Origin: Mobula hypostoma
Lineage: Eukaryota
NCBI RefSeq assembly: GCF_963921235.1
Contig: NC_086097.1
Location: forward strand, 195,922,001-195,986,000
Direction of reading: 5' to 3'
Length of the DNA: 64,000 nt
Shown here piece by piece: positions 1 through 12,979 of this stretch. The notes beneath the pieces are model-generated. The model was not told the DNA's origin, did not search any database, and was given only the letters and a program-made list of their open reading frames with translations. Position 1 is the stretch's first letter; every line of letters begins with the position of its first letter. Position numbers and translations under genes: made by a program.

Positions 1-94
1 GAATGAGGGAACTGTTTGCTATTTTTATAACAGTTTGATGGAACCTGTCCTTGAACCTGGTGGTGCATACCTTCAGGCTTTCATCTTTTCTGCC

Positions 95-3000
95 CAGTGG
101 CGGCGCCAGAGATTTTATCTCGCTGCTGCTATGGAGGGGCTGAATGATTCATTGATGGTGCTGAGGGATGCACTGTATGGTAATATGTATTCACAAGGCC
201 AGACGCGTGGCGTTAAAAAGTCAGTTTCAAGCATTATGTGCCTACTATAAATGCCTCTGTTGATTCACAAGCAACAGCAATTGATAGATCTAATATAGAA
301 GTGAACTGTTACAGTGTCAACAGCATCGGAGACAACCTGGGCTACATGGAGCATAAACAAAAAAAACAAACAGAGCAACCGAGGAACAGCGGACAACGTG
401 AATCACGCACCAATCCCGCAATCTGCGTCAAATGCGTGCTTTTCAACTGAAAAACACAAAACAAACCCACTGCTATTCACATTACGTAGACAGCAATGCC
501 AAAAGATACACCGTTATTAAAGTCAAATAAGGCAAACAACAGATGCAAGGCTTTACCAGGAGTTGGACAAATCGTACTCTGACCATGCAATACTTCAATT
601 AATTCGGCTATTGAATTTGAAACAAAAATCAACAGAATCACTGCTTGGAAGTCTAAGCAAAACCAGTAGGCTTAATAGCAGTAAATCTAATATTTTAGGA
701 TTTGCAGGAAACATAAGGACTATGGGGTATCCACCACAAAATAATAGTATTAATCAGCATTAGTCTTGGCCCAGATTTTTTAAAAATCAACTGCACACAC
801 CATTAATATTTTCAGAGAAGCACAATCCGTCAGTTGTTGTGATTGGTGGCGAAAGCATCAATGATTATCTGGATGTCAAGTGCTTTGGTCCTCCGGTTGT
901 TTATGGCCAACAGAGCCAAGTTGTTGTTCCGAGCATCGCCGCTGCTATTCCTTAAGTAGTTTTTGACACGTCTGAGGCAAGAGAAACTCCCTTCGCATGA
1001 GGCAGATGTAACAGGCAGAGTCAGTGATATGCAGGTTAGTTTGTATAAATCTATAAAAGCATCACGGTTGGGTCTCATTAGAGCTAGAAATTCCACTGTG
1101 TCATTCACTGTCTGTCCTTGCTTTTGTTTTATTTCCAGCAGACACCGAACCTGATGTAGCTCAGCAGTCAGGTTCACTTCAGTCACTCCATAGTATTGGG
1201 CCATTGGCCAAAGACAATTCTTGTCTAGGAAGAACTTGTGTTTGGGACTCAATGCTGAGACTCCAGTCAAAACACCCCCAGTCTCAATTGAGAACCGTCT
1301 TTTCATTTCAGTCAGAAGTCTGTTTATAACTGGATAGGAACAGTGGTTGCGAAGGTCATCAGAGGATGTGACAGGTGTGCGTTCAGTTTGGGCCTCAACA
1401 ACAAAATCATGTAGGCGGCGGGGTGGCTGGGCCTGTCTCTTTTCATGTGTTCTACTCTGTATACCGGCCTTGACGCACAGGTCCCTAGCTCTTGTCTGAA
1501 TTTCACTCCATGATTCCTCTCCCCGTTTTGCTGAGAGTGCATCGATAACAGACTGAGTCAAGTCCACAGCGGATGAAAGCTCCAAACTGGGAGATTGTAG
1601 CTGGTCTGACATGAACTTGGTGACTCGGAATAAATCCTCAAACAGAGTGAGAAGTAAAGCAAACTGCTCGTCAATCAATCCATTTACAGCTCTGGCCTCC
1701 ATTTTCCTCCGTGCATTTGGTTGACCCATAATATCCTGTAGTGTAGCTAGAATGGCAGGGAGTGATTTTCTTATAGCCCACAAAGCTGTATACTGCCATG
1801 CTCAGCGTGTATCTGACAATTTCTTCAACTCCACGGGCTGTGCAGTTGATTTCAGTTCTCTCTGTTTCTTCATGAAAAGATCATGGGCAACAGAGTTTGA
1901 AAAGAAGTTGTAAAGCAGCTACACAGTTTCAAAAAACTCACCTGCTTGTGGTACATTGCTCACAACATCCACTAAAACAAGGTTAAGTCTGTGAGCATGG
2001 CAGTGCATATATAATGCCTGTGGGACCTCTTTCCTGAACCTCTCTTGTAACCCGTTATTGCACCCGGACATCACTGCCACCCCATCATAACACTGGCCTA
2101 TACACACGTTCTTATCAATAACACACTGGGCGAGTGTCTGTTCAATGCTTTTAAGAAGCGACTCTGCATCCAACCCTTCTGCTGGAGTGAAGTGCAAGAA
2201 TTCTTCAAGCACTGTTTCGTTATTCAAATACCGCACCACCACTGATATTTGCTCCTTTTTACTCAAGTTTTTACTTTCATCCACCATGATGGCCAAATGT
2301 CCAGCCTCCTTGATTTCTGCACTTATTTGACGTCTGACCATATCTGCCATAATACCCATAATTTCATTTTGGATATCGTGATACGTGTTTTTTCATTTCC
2401 AGGATTGTCCTCTATTTTTTTAGCTACAGTCTTATCAAACTTCCCAATTACACTGAGCAACTCAACAAAGTTTCCCCTATTGCCAGATCCATCATTCTCC
2501 CAGTGTCCTCGCTGAGCAATGCCTTGGCACGCAGTATAGCGTGCAGATTCAACCACTGCTCTCATATACTCACGATTTTCTTGGACAATCTTTGCATGTC
2601 CTTTATCAAGCATATTTCCCAACCTTGAACCGTCTTGTTTTCTCAATCTGAATTCGGCCTATGCCTCCATAACAAACTTATGAGCTGCACTTACATGGTG
2701 GGTTTTGAAAGCTGTTGTAGCTTTCCGCCAGTTGTGGTAACCAGTGACAGTGAAAGTAGACTCAGAATGGAACCCATGTCTTCCACACAGGAATTGCCTG
2801 CATGCGAAGCAGAATGTAGCATCTTTTGTGATTGAATATTCCAGCCAGGAGTATAGGTCAAACCAGCCATGAATACTCCTTTGCTGATTGCTAAACTGTT
2901 GCGAAGGGTACTTTTTTAATGCTGGCCGACGGGGTCCTTCCTCAGGCTGCTGGCTAACATCGCTAACAGTATTCCCACTAGCACTAAGAGCAGCTTCATC

Positions 3001-3648
3001 CACGTTCTCTTCCGAATCCCGCCCCATTTCTTGTTCCTCTATTTCGCCCTCATACTCCTTCGATGAACTGCTGTCGTCCTCATCCCCACTTACTTCTTTC
3101 TGTATGTCACTTTCAATTAAGACAGGTTCAGGCTGAGACACCACTGATTCCTCTGGATGAGGTCGTTTTCTGACTAAAAATCGATCCATTTTTCATGCCG
3201 GCCAAAATAATTCACGTGCCAGGCCCATGCTCGCTTGTAAAAGCACAATGTGCGCGTGTGGCTTCCATTAGTCTCGCGAGACCACGGATCTGCGCCTGGA
3301 TGTATACTATCAACCTCTCGCATGAGTGAGAGTGAGTGACATCACCACCTTAAGTGATCTTAGATCAGCTTAACTGATCTGAGGACAGCAACGGCAAGAC
3401 ATTGACAACGAACGAATAAGCAGAAGTGTAGAGTGGATCTGACAGAGTTTATAACTTTATTGCTGCGTGGGTGCTATGGTAACTGGGGGCGCTGTTTCAC
3501 TAGATCAACTGGAGAAACAAGCTGTATTCAAAACTATACAGAGAAAGCAAAGCAGCTGCAGCTAATTTCTTGTTGGTGCTATGGTGGCGCTATTGCAATT
3601 TCTGCTGGGGCTATAGCCCCAGCTAGCACCACCTTAGCGCTGCCCCTG
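95..3648 (-). mobile_element. Full-length hAT DNA transposon (Tip100/ZMYM1-like group)
   Basis: Imperfect TIRs: CAGTGGCGGCGCCA (95-108) vs reverse complement of the right end CAGGGGCAGCGCTA (3635-3648), 11/14 match. 8-bp TSD TTTCTGCC (87-94) / CTTCTGCC (3649-3656). Encloses transposase fragments. Subterminal GCTATGG motifs and a 20-bp palindrome GCTGGGGCTATAGCCCCAGC (3604-3623). Confidence 0.9.
830..3189 (-). pseudogene. Disrupted hAT transposase (TTF-type zinc finger, DUF4371/DDE core, hATC dimerisation domain)
   Basis: Consecutive minus-strand ORFs: 2659-3189 (WLEYS...FCFAC...NWRKA...H), 2323-2646 (RGH...GNFVELL), 1919-2359 (VDES...EQISVVVRY, GQCYDG, HCHAHRLNL) and 830-1783 (LTLPVTSASCEGSFSCLRRVKNYLR). 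They are separated by stops and frameshifts. Confidence 0.9.
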
Positions 3649-4300
3649 CTTCTGCCCAGTGGGAAGGGGGAGAAGAGAGAAAGCGTCAGGTGTGTGGGGT
3701 CTGATTATACCAGCTGTTTTACTGCGGCAGCAAAAAGTACAGACAGAGTCCATGGAAGAGAGGCTGGTGTCTGTGATGTGCTGAGCTATGTCTCCAGCTC
3801 TCTCGCGGGCAGAGCAGCTGCCATTCCAGCCACGATGCATCCAGATAGGTTGCTTTCCATAGTGGATCATGAAGGTTAAAGAGGACATGCCAAATTCCTT
3901 TAGCCTCCTGAGGAAATCGAGGCACTGGTGAATTTTCTTGGCTGTGGCACATTTATTGTTGGACCAGGATAGGCTATTGGTGGTGTTTACTCCTAGGAAC
4001 TTAAAGCTCTAAAACCCTCATGACCTTAGCACTGCAGAAATAGACAGAAATTTGTACAGCGCTTTGCTTTCTGAAGTCAGTTTTGTGGAGGGTAAGGTTG
4101 TTGTCATTACACCATGTCACTAGACTCTCTGTCTCCCTCCCACACATTGACTCATCGTTATCTGCTAGATGGCCCACTATGATGGTATCACCTACAAACT
4201 TGTAGATGGAATAAGAGCAGGATATGGCCGCACAGTCATGAGTGTACAGGGAGTAGAGTAAGGGGCTGAGTGTGCAGAGTTGTGAGACACCAGTGTTGGG
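3649..4300 (-). mobile_element. Rex1/Babar-type LINE fragment (continues at 1-94), host of the hAT insertion
   Basis: ORF 4001-4357 has RT motifs [13 protein letters not shown] and YKFVGDT. Joining 1-94 to 3657 onward restores the LINE 3' region seen in other copies (e.g. about 15660-15720). Confidence 0.75.
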
Positions 4301-4429
4301 AATAATCATGGAATGACTGTGACATTTATCTCCACAAAGAAAGCAGTCAAAGCACATGCAAAAGGTTAATATTTGAGATCCTAGGAGTTAGAAAAAACGA
4401 TACAGATTGAGGTTTTACTAGAAACAGTT

Positions 4430-5068
4430 TCTAGTTTCAGATGGCGCTGGTGAATCTCAGCTTATGGCTGCTGGCCAATAAAACAAGGAAAATAACTAAA
4501 TGCTTTTTTCATCAGTCTTCTTCTGGTAAATGATCATCACAAGCAATAGCCTGTAATTTCCCTTTGGATATGGAGACAATTCGACGTGGCAGAACTGAGG
4601 CGAGGCAGCATCCCCATCGCCGAGAGCAAGGATGACCTGAGGTTCGATTGATTTAAGTACGGGGCCAAATTGGAAAGGTCAGGTACAGGTCAAATTGAGG
4701 TGGCAGAGTACAGGTCCCAGAGTGTATCGAAGAGACTGAACCCAATGTTTGGACATCAGGCCAGATTGGAACGGTCAGGGTGTCGGCCGACGGGCTGGTT
4801 TAGATCATTGCTCCGCTCTGCACTGAACCAAGGGTCTTGTGAGCGGACTTGCTTTGTGGACTTTAGTTCAGAACACCATTTTGCTTGCAGTTATTGTTTG
4901 CGTGATTTGTTTTTTTTCTCTACACATTGGGTGTTTGACAATCTTTTTTTTAATGGGTTTTTTTGGGTTTCTTTGTTTCGTGGCTGCCAGTTAGGAGACA
5001 AATCCCAAGGTTGTACAATGTTTACATACTTCGATAATAAATGCACTTTGAACTTTTGAGATTTGAAC
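4430..5068 (+). mobile_element. Non-autonomous retroelement with a Rex-type 3' tail
   Basis: Ends in GATAATAAATGCACTTTGAAC, like the Rex-type LINE tails at about 11470, 20140 and 59480. No RT coding capacity. Confidence 0.45.
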
Positions 5069-5389
5069 CATTAACTCTTGTTTCTCTCTCCATACAATGT
5101 AGGTGTACTTCTGTTCGATACTTGGGGCATTTTCAGGTTTCCAGCTCCTGAAGACTATATTTCAATCTCCAAACGAATCCGATTATGGGTCCTTACTATC
5201 ATGGTTTTAGAGGAAACAGGGGAAGTAGCATCTAATGTGTATCTGGCTAGTTTGATTGAAGATGTCATTATGATTGCAGGTATTTGGGGAGGTTTAGACT
5301 TCTCCTTACAGATGGCGCTGAAATTGAACTTTGAACTCCGGAATGCTCCAAGCTGTAATGGCGTCATGTTAACCTAGGAAAAACAATCT

Positions 5390-6300
5390 TAGTTTAAGAC
5401 AGAACCAATATATTGCCCCAAATGACAAAAACAATTACCTGGAAAAAAAAATAGTTTAGAAAAGAGGAAGCAAAGTTCCTTTAAAAGAGAAAAGACTAAT
5501 ACTTTGAAGATTAGTAGGGGACTACAAAGGGAAACCAAAAGAAAAGATTATAAGTATTTCAAAAAGAAATACAAACAGGTTTATTCAGATAATGTTTCTT
5601 TTTAAATCATAGTAGGGAAAAAAAGATGAGGAAGGACAAAATGGGCCTATAAAACAAATGTGGGAAATATCATAAATGAAAGGAAATTGCACTATTGTGG
5701 TTTCAGTCTTCACAGCAGTGGGACGAGCATTCTGGAGAAAAAAATAGTGAATTATGGTTAGAAATTCATCAAAGTTAATCTAAACAAGAAAACAATATTA
5801 GAAAAGTTAGCAGATAAATCTGCACAACATGACGGTTCTTACCTGAGGGTTTTAAAGCAAGGAGATAAGAAAACTGCAGGTGATCGAACTAGATTTGTTC
5901 TTACAATTTGAGAACTGTCTCTTCACATTAGAGAATAACAATTCTCCAAATTCAAAATATTATTGTTTATTAAAGGTAAGATAGAGGAGGGAATTAAGGA
6001 AGTTATAAATCTGTCAGTGTTACATCTGCTATGAAAAGTTGTTAGAACCTCAAGTTAAGGAAAGAATGATTAAACACTTAGGGAAGACTGAACTGATTAG
6101 AACGAGCCAAGATAAATTTGTCATAGGTAGTTCAAGTTTAATGAACCTAATTGAATTTCTGAAGAAATAATTGAAGACAAGGTATTGACTTGGTTAAAAG
6201 ATTGATTAGGTAGTAGGAAACAAAAGAGGGATAATGAGTATGTTCTTAAATAGGAAAGAAATGATTCATGGTGTTCCATATGCTCCTTTACAGAGATTTA
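5390..6300 (+). mobile_element. Highly decayed CR1 LINE ORF2 fragment
   Basis: Remnant similarity to the CR1 copy at 39.9-40.8 kb (e.g. TTATAAATCTGTCAGTGTTACATCTG vs TTATAGGCCAGTGAGTCTTACTTCAG). Confidence 0.5.
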
Positions 6301-7924
6301 GATCATATATGACCAAATTCAATTTTGCAACTTTCCATGATTTATTTATGCCAAGCAAGAAAGGTCACTACTGAACTAAGCCAAGGTACAAATGATAAGC
6401 TGATTTTCTCATAATAAAAGCCAGTTAAACTTTCCCTGTTCTTTCCTTTCCCTGTCCATGTTTTCAACATCCATCAATCTTCCACCCTTAACTAGCTTCC
6501 AAACCGTTATCTGTCTTAGTTAATTATTTCTGACCTTAATGCTAATTATCATGTTTTCTCCTATTTATGAGAGATTTCATTGTGATCAGATTTGATTTCC
6601 ATTATTTTTCACAATACTTCTCCTGCGTTGATCAGAATATGCATTCTATTACAAAGTATGTGCTCCTGCAAATTATATTCTTACCCAGCTCTACATTTTG
6701 AATTGTTGTGATTAAAACAAGTAATTCCTCCCTGAGGAATAGTTCTGTACTTCTAATATGCATCCCTTATTTATCCACTGAGTCATTCTAAAATACATCT
6801 TTGCACTTCCCTGATGAATTAAGTTACTTCTGATCATGGAGGATAAATTGCAACAACAGCTGCGTCACTGCATAGGATCGATCACCCAGTAGCTGAATTT
6901 GAGCATGTCATGATGATTCACTGGAAAATCCAATATTAGGTACCTAGACATATTGTATCTCTTATCATAGCATCTTAAGGGAAAGCAGAAAATTAATGTA
7001 AGAATACAATAGAAAATGGCAAAGAGAAGCATTCTCCCCTCTGAGCCCTTCAGCTTCTGCGATTCAATTTCCCTCTGTATTTTAACACATAGAAAGCATA
7101 CATGCAAGTCCTGCTACTACAACAGTATTAGCAGAGTTGAAGTAAGCCTGTATCTAACTCCCTCTCTTTGTATAGACTCCCAAGTTGTCCAGATTCTGCA
7201 CACTACATTGTGTTCTGCTAAAGAATGTTTATGCTAATGAAAGACATTTCCAGAAGAGATATAGGAGTCTACTCATACCTCTTGGACACTATCATGTTCT
7301 GTTAAAGCACTTCAGTGCATGGAGAGGTAATTATAGATTCCAAACAGTTTCACTCAGCGTGGATGCCGAAGATATGATATGGCCCTTTCACTCAGACATA
7401 CCTGGATATTTTAAAAATTGCTTGATAAAACAACACGAGCATAGAAATAGTCCTCTAGAAATAGGCTCTTCAGCCCACTATGTCTATGCTGACAATTATG
7501 CTTATCTTTACTAATCATACTTGTCTATATTAATTATATATCCCTGTATTCCTTGCTCATTCAAGTAATGTAAAGATGCTTCACATCCTTTTCCTGCTTC
7601 CACCATCTCCCCTTATAGCTCATTCCAGACATTAACTTCTCATTGTGTGAAAAATTTACCCCTTAGATCTACGTTAATGCACGTCCCTCTCACCTCGAAA
7701 TTATGGTCTGTATTCCCCAGCAACAGACTCTAGAGTTCTACCGCATCTATGACTGGTACTTATTCACCTGATCGGCTCTTAGAGTATCTCACAGCTCCAA
7801 CCTACAATTCCACTTAAATGTTTGCCAAAAGTTTTGGATAACTTTACCAAAGTTGTTGGCAATTTAATATTTTGTCATGCCACTAAAATGTTTTCAAACA
7901 TACAGCAGTGTATGTGATGCTGAC

Positions 7925-9120
7925 ATCACCTTCAGCTCTCAAAGGGTAAGACAGGGGAACACACATCAGTCCTCATGCAGAGATCCAAAGTGGAAAGAGT
8001 GAGCAATTGTAAGTTTCTGTGTGTCAATATCTCTAAGGATATATCCTGTAGCCAAAATATCAATGCAGCTACAAAGAAGGCAACACAGTGGCTATATTTC
8101 ATTTGGAGTTTGAGGAGATTTTGTATGCCACCAAAGACACTCACGGCTATATAGGACCCTGGTCAGACCCCACTTGGAGTACTGCACTCATTTCTGGTCA
8201 CCTCACTACAGGAAGGATGTGGAAACCATAGAAAGTGTGCAAAGGAGATTTACAAGGATGTTGCCTGGATTGGGGAGCATGCCTTAGGAGAATAGGTTGA
8301 GTGAACTTGACCTTTTGTCCTTGGAGCGGCGGAGGATGAGAGGCGATTTGACAGAGGTGTATAAGATGATGAGAGGCATTGATCGTGTGGATAGTCAGAG
8401 GCTTCTTCTCAGGGCTGAAATCACTAACACAAGAGGGCACAGTTTTAAGGTGCTTGGAAGTAGATACAGAGGAGAAGTCAGGGGTAAATGTTTTACGCAG
8501 GGAGTGGTGAGTGTGTGGAATGGCCTGCCAGCAACGGTGGTGGAGGTGGATACGATAAGGTCTTTTAAGAGACTCCTGGACAGGTACATGGAGCTCAGAA
8601 AACTAGAGGGCTACGGGTAACACTAGTTAATTTCTAAAGTAAGCACATGTTCGGCACAGCATTGTGGGCCAAAGAGCCTGTATTGTGCTGTAGGTTTTCT
8701 GTGTTTCTATGTTTGTATTTCTGCACATGTACCATGCAGAGCATTCTAACTGGCAGCATCACCATCTGGTATGGAGGGGTGCTACTGCACAGGATTGAAA
8801 TAAACTACAGAGAGTTGTTAACTTAGTCAGCTCCTTCATGGGTACTAGCATCTGTAGTATCCAGGACAGGTTCAAGGAGGGATGCCTCAAAAAGGCAGAA
8901 TCCATCATTAAGGACCCTATCACCCAGGTCATGTCTTGTTCCCATTGCTATCATCAGGAACGAAGTACAGAATCCTGAAGGCACACACTCAGCATTTCAG
9001 GAAGAGCTTCTACCTCTCTGCCATCAGATTTCTGAATGGACATTGAACCCATCAACACTATCTCACTACTTCTTTTTTAATTTCCATTTTTGTTTTTGCA
9101 CTACTTACATAATGCAACTA
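7925..9120 (+). mobile_element. Rex1/Babar-type LINE 3' fragment interrupted by a CR1
   Basis: Colinear with the copy at 9281-10210; split at about 8145/8715. Confidence 0.7.
8146..8712 (+). mobile_element. CR1 LINE 3' end
   Basis: ORF 8297-8620 has the CR1 C-terminal motifs LERRRMRGDLTEVYK, TRGH and WNGLP. (TTTCTATG)-like tail. Closely similar to 41215-41769. Confidence 0.9.
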
Positions 9121-9280
9121 CTTTATATTATAGGCATCCGTTAGTCTCGTGAGACCATGGATTTGCGCCTTGGAAGGTTTCCAGGGCGCAGGCCTGGTCA
9201 AGATTGTATGGAAGACTGGCAGTTGCCCATGCTGCAAGTCTCCCCTCTCCACGCCACCGATGTTGTCCAAGGGAAGGGCA
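9121..9280 (-). mobile_element. 5'-truncated RTE-tail SINE or non-autonomous element
   Basis: Minus strand ends ...CCATGGTCTCACGAGACTAACGGATGCC followed by an AT-rich tail; resembles RTE-clade 3' stem-loop ends (recognised from memory). Confidence 0.55.
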
Positions 9281-10210
9281 CTACTCTCTATATACCCATG
9301 ACTGTGTGGCCAGATGTAACTCAAATGCCATCTATAAATTTGCTGACGATACAACCAGTGTTGGTAGAATCTCAGATGGTGGCGAGAGGGCGTACAGGAA
9401 CGAGATATGCCAACTAGTGGAGTCGTGTCACAGCAACAACCTGGCACTCAATGTCAGTAAGATGGAAGAGCTGATTGTGGACTTCAGGAAGGGTTAGACA
9501 AAGGAACACACATCAATCCTCATAGAGGGATTAGAAGTGGAGGGAGTGAGCAGTTTCAAGTTCTATGGTGTCAAGATCTCTGAGGATCTAACCTGGTCCC
9601 TACATATCAATGCAGTTATAAAGAAAGCAAGACAGTGACTATACCTCATTAGGAGTTTGAAGAGATTTAGGATGTCAACAAATGCACTCAAAAACTTCTA
9701 TAGATGTACTGTGGAGAGCATTCTGACAGGCCACATCACTGTCTGGTTTTGGGTGTGGGGGTGGGGGGGGCTACTGCACGGGACCAAAAGAAGCTGCAGA
9801 GGGTTGTAAATGTAGTCGGCTCCATCTTAGGCACTAGCCTACAAAGTACCCAGGACATCTTCAAGGAGCTGTGCCTCAGAAAGGCAGCATCCATTAAGGA
9901 CCTCCAGCACCCAAGGCATGCCCTTTTCTCATTGTTGCGATCAGCTAGGAGGTACAAAAGCCTGAAAGCACACACTCAGTGATTCAGGAACAACTTCTTC
10001 TCCTCTGCCAATTCCTAAAAGGATATTGAACCCTTGAACACTAGCTCACTTTTTTAATGTATATTATTTCTGTTTTAATCTATTCAATATATGTATACTG
10101 TAACTATTTATTTATTTATCTTTTTTCTTCTATATTATGTATTGTGTTGTACTGCTGCCGCAAAGACAACAAATTTCACGACATGTGCCAGTGAATTAAA
10201 CCTGATTTCC
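9281..10210 (+). mobile_element. Rex1/Babar-type LINE 3' fragment
   Basis: YKFADDT and LNVSKMEELIVDFRK in ORF 9204-9497; 3' UTR ending TAAACCTGATT. Confidence 0.85.
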
Positions 10211-10615
10211 TAAATCTAGTGTTCAGTCACTGCTGGCATGATCTTGGCCCCATACCCGAAATGTGAGCACCTTCGACAATGCCGAACTTTATTCCTTAAC
10301 CCACGTTGCATTTGCCATCTCAAAATAATGCTGTCCTTCTTGTGAAAGTGCTCCCATAGTGCTGGATAGAAGATGGCAAGGGTTGAGTGCAGTATGTGCC
10401 ATGGAGGGCAAAATGCATGTGAAATCCATGTGCTTGCTACACTTGTCTTTTTTAGTAGAGGTCGAGGATTTGGGAAAAGACATGAAGGTAACCTGAACAG
10501 GTAACTACATAGAATTTGGTCAATGTACTGTACATACAGTTGCCACAGTGTACTGGCGCTGGGTGGAATGAATGAGATGCCAATTGAGGAGGCTACTTTG
10601 ATCTGGATTGCATGT

Positions 10616-11490
10616 AGGACTGAGATTGAAAATGCAGTTGAAAGGTTCCAGAACAACAACCTCTCACTCAACGTCAGCAAATCCAAAGAGCTGATTATTG
10701 ACTATAGGAAGAGGAAACTGGAGGTGCACCAGTCAGTCCTCATTGGGGGATCAGAGGTGGAGGGGGTCACTAACTTTAAATTTCTTGGAGTTATCATTTC
10801 AGCTGATCTGTCCTGGGACCAGCATGTAATTGTTATTACAAAGAAGGCAAGGCAATGCCTCTACTTTCAGAGAAGTTTGTGCAGAATCAGCATGTCATCT
10901 AAAACTTTGACAGACTTCTATAGATGCACAGTGGAGAGTTTGCTGACTGGTTGCATCACAGCCTGGTATGGAAACATCAATACCTAAGAATGGGAAAGTA
11001 GTGGATACAGCCCAGTCCATCACAGGAAAAGCCCTCCCGACCATTGGCATCTGCAAGGGGTGCTGCCACAAGAAAGTGGCATTCATTGTTGAGGATCCCC
11101 ACCTTGCTCACTGCTCACTGCTGCCATCGAGAAGGAAGTATGGGAGCCTTAGGTCCCATACAACCAGGTTCAGGAATAGTTATTACCCTTCAACCATCAG
11201 GCTCCTGAACCACTGTGGGTAATTTCACTCACCTCAGCACTGAAACTGATTCCACAACATATCGATTCACTTTCAAGAACTCTACATGTTCAAGAAAACT
11301 CATGTTTTCAGTATTTATTTATTTTTCATTTGCAGTTTTTTTTTGCACATTGATTGCTTGTCGGTCTTTGTGTGTAGTTTTGATTCTATTGTATTTATTT
11401 GTTCAATTGTGAATTGTTTGAAGAAAATGAATCTCAGGGTAGTATATGGAGACATAGGCACACTTTGATAATAAACTTACTTTGAATTTG
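10616..11490 (+). mobile_element. Rex1/Babar-type LINE 3' fragment
   Basis: ORF 10523-10987 has LNVSKSKELIIDYRK, FKFLGV and FYRCTVESLLTGCITAWYG; tail ATAATAAACTTACTTTGAA. Confidence 0.85.
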
Positions 11491-12156
11491 CAACTTCGTT
11501 GTTGGAGCTGAACTCATCTGGATAAATGAGCATCTTACTCCTTATTTGTGCCTCTTGGATGGTGGAAAGAGATTATGGAATCAAGAGGTGGTCAGTTGCC
11601 ATTGGATACCAATCTCTGACAGATCCTGTCGCCACATATTTATGTAGTTGATCCAAGTATTTGGCCAATGTTGACCTCCTGGATATCATTGGTAGGAGTA
11701 TTTGGAATGACAATATCATTGAATGTCAAGGATAGGTTCTTAGAGCTGTTCTTGGAGGTAACAAAGCCCTGCATTTCTGACACAATTGTCATTTGCCAAA
11801 AATTCGTCCATGCCTAAATATTGTCCAGCTTTTTCTGCACGGAGGTGTCATTCCATGAGGAGATGTAAATAGAATTGAACATTGTGCAATCATCAGTAAA
11901 TATTATTACCTTATGACAGAAGGACTGTTACGTATGTCACTTGCAGTGAGGGACTACACTGCAAGATTTAATTCTGCAGGCAGCAGTGGGCAGTGAATGG
12001 ACACTATCAGCCTGGGCCTGCAGAGGAACAGTGTGTAATCACAGCATCCCATTGATGTAAGTTTTATGTCTGTGCAGGGATGGAGGGGTTGCTGTGGGAG
12101 CAGGAGGCAATGTGGTGCACACTGTCACAGTAAGTTCAGAACAGCAAGAGATGGTG

Positions 12157-12760
12157 CAGAATCAGAATCAGAAACAGGTTTATTATCACTGGCATGTGAC
12201 GTGAAATTTGTTAACTTAGCAGCAGCAGTTCAATGCAATACATAAGCTACAGAAAGAGGGAGAAAAATAATAATAAATAAAACAAAATAAACAAGTAAAT
12301 CAATTACATATATTAAATAGATTATTAAAAATGTGCAAAAAACAGAAATACTCTATATTAAAAAAAAGTGAGGTAGTGTCCAAAGCTTCAAAGTCCATTT
12401 AGGAATTGAATGGCAGAGGGGAAGAAGCTGTTCCTGAATCAAAGTGTGAGCCTTCAGGCTTCTGTATCTCCTACCTGATAGTGACAGTGAGAAAAGGGCA
12501 TGCCCTGGGTGCTGGAGGTCTTTAATAATGGACACTGCCTTTCTGAGACATCGCTTCCAAAAGATGTCCTGGGTACTTTGTAGGCTAGTCCCCAAGATGG
12601 AGCTGACTAGATTTACAAACTTCTGCAGCTTTTTTCAGTCCTGTGCAGTAGCCCCTCCATACCAGATAGTGATGCAGCCTGTCAGAATGCTCCCCACAGT
12701 ACAACTAGAGAAGTTTTTGTGTGTACTTGTTGACATGCCAAATCGCTTCAAACTCCTAAT
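12157..12760 (-). mobile_element. Rex1/Babar-type LINE 3' fragment
   Basis: (AGAATC)n tail on the + strand; ORF 12353-12595 HPGHALFSLSLSGRRYRSL. Confidence 0.85.
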
Positions 12761-12979
12761 GCATCACTTGAGTGTGAAATGGGTGTACAGGAGGTAATAC
12801 CATAGTTATCCTGGATCTGCGCTGCCTATGTAGTGCACAGTGCAAATGTGAACCTTGTTACTGCAGGGGTTCGTGTTGGGAACCCAATCACTGTGAAACT
12901 GATTCAGCCAAAGATGGCTAGCTCTGCCCTGTCACTGAGCCTAATCCTGCTAATGACAGTGTTCTATTCCTCGTAAAGG

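Noticed and set aside
3433..3879. 148-aa ORF spanning the right end of the hAT element
   Set aside because: Chimeric across the TIR and an antisense LINE; no coding signature.
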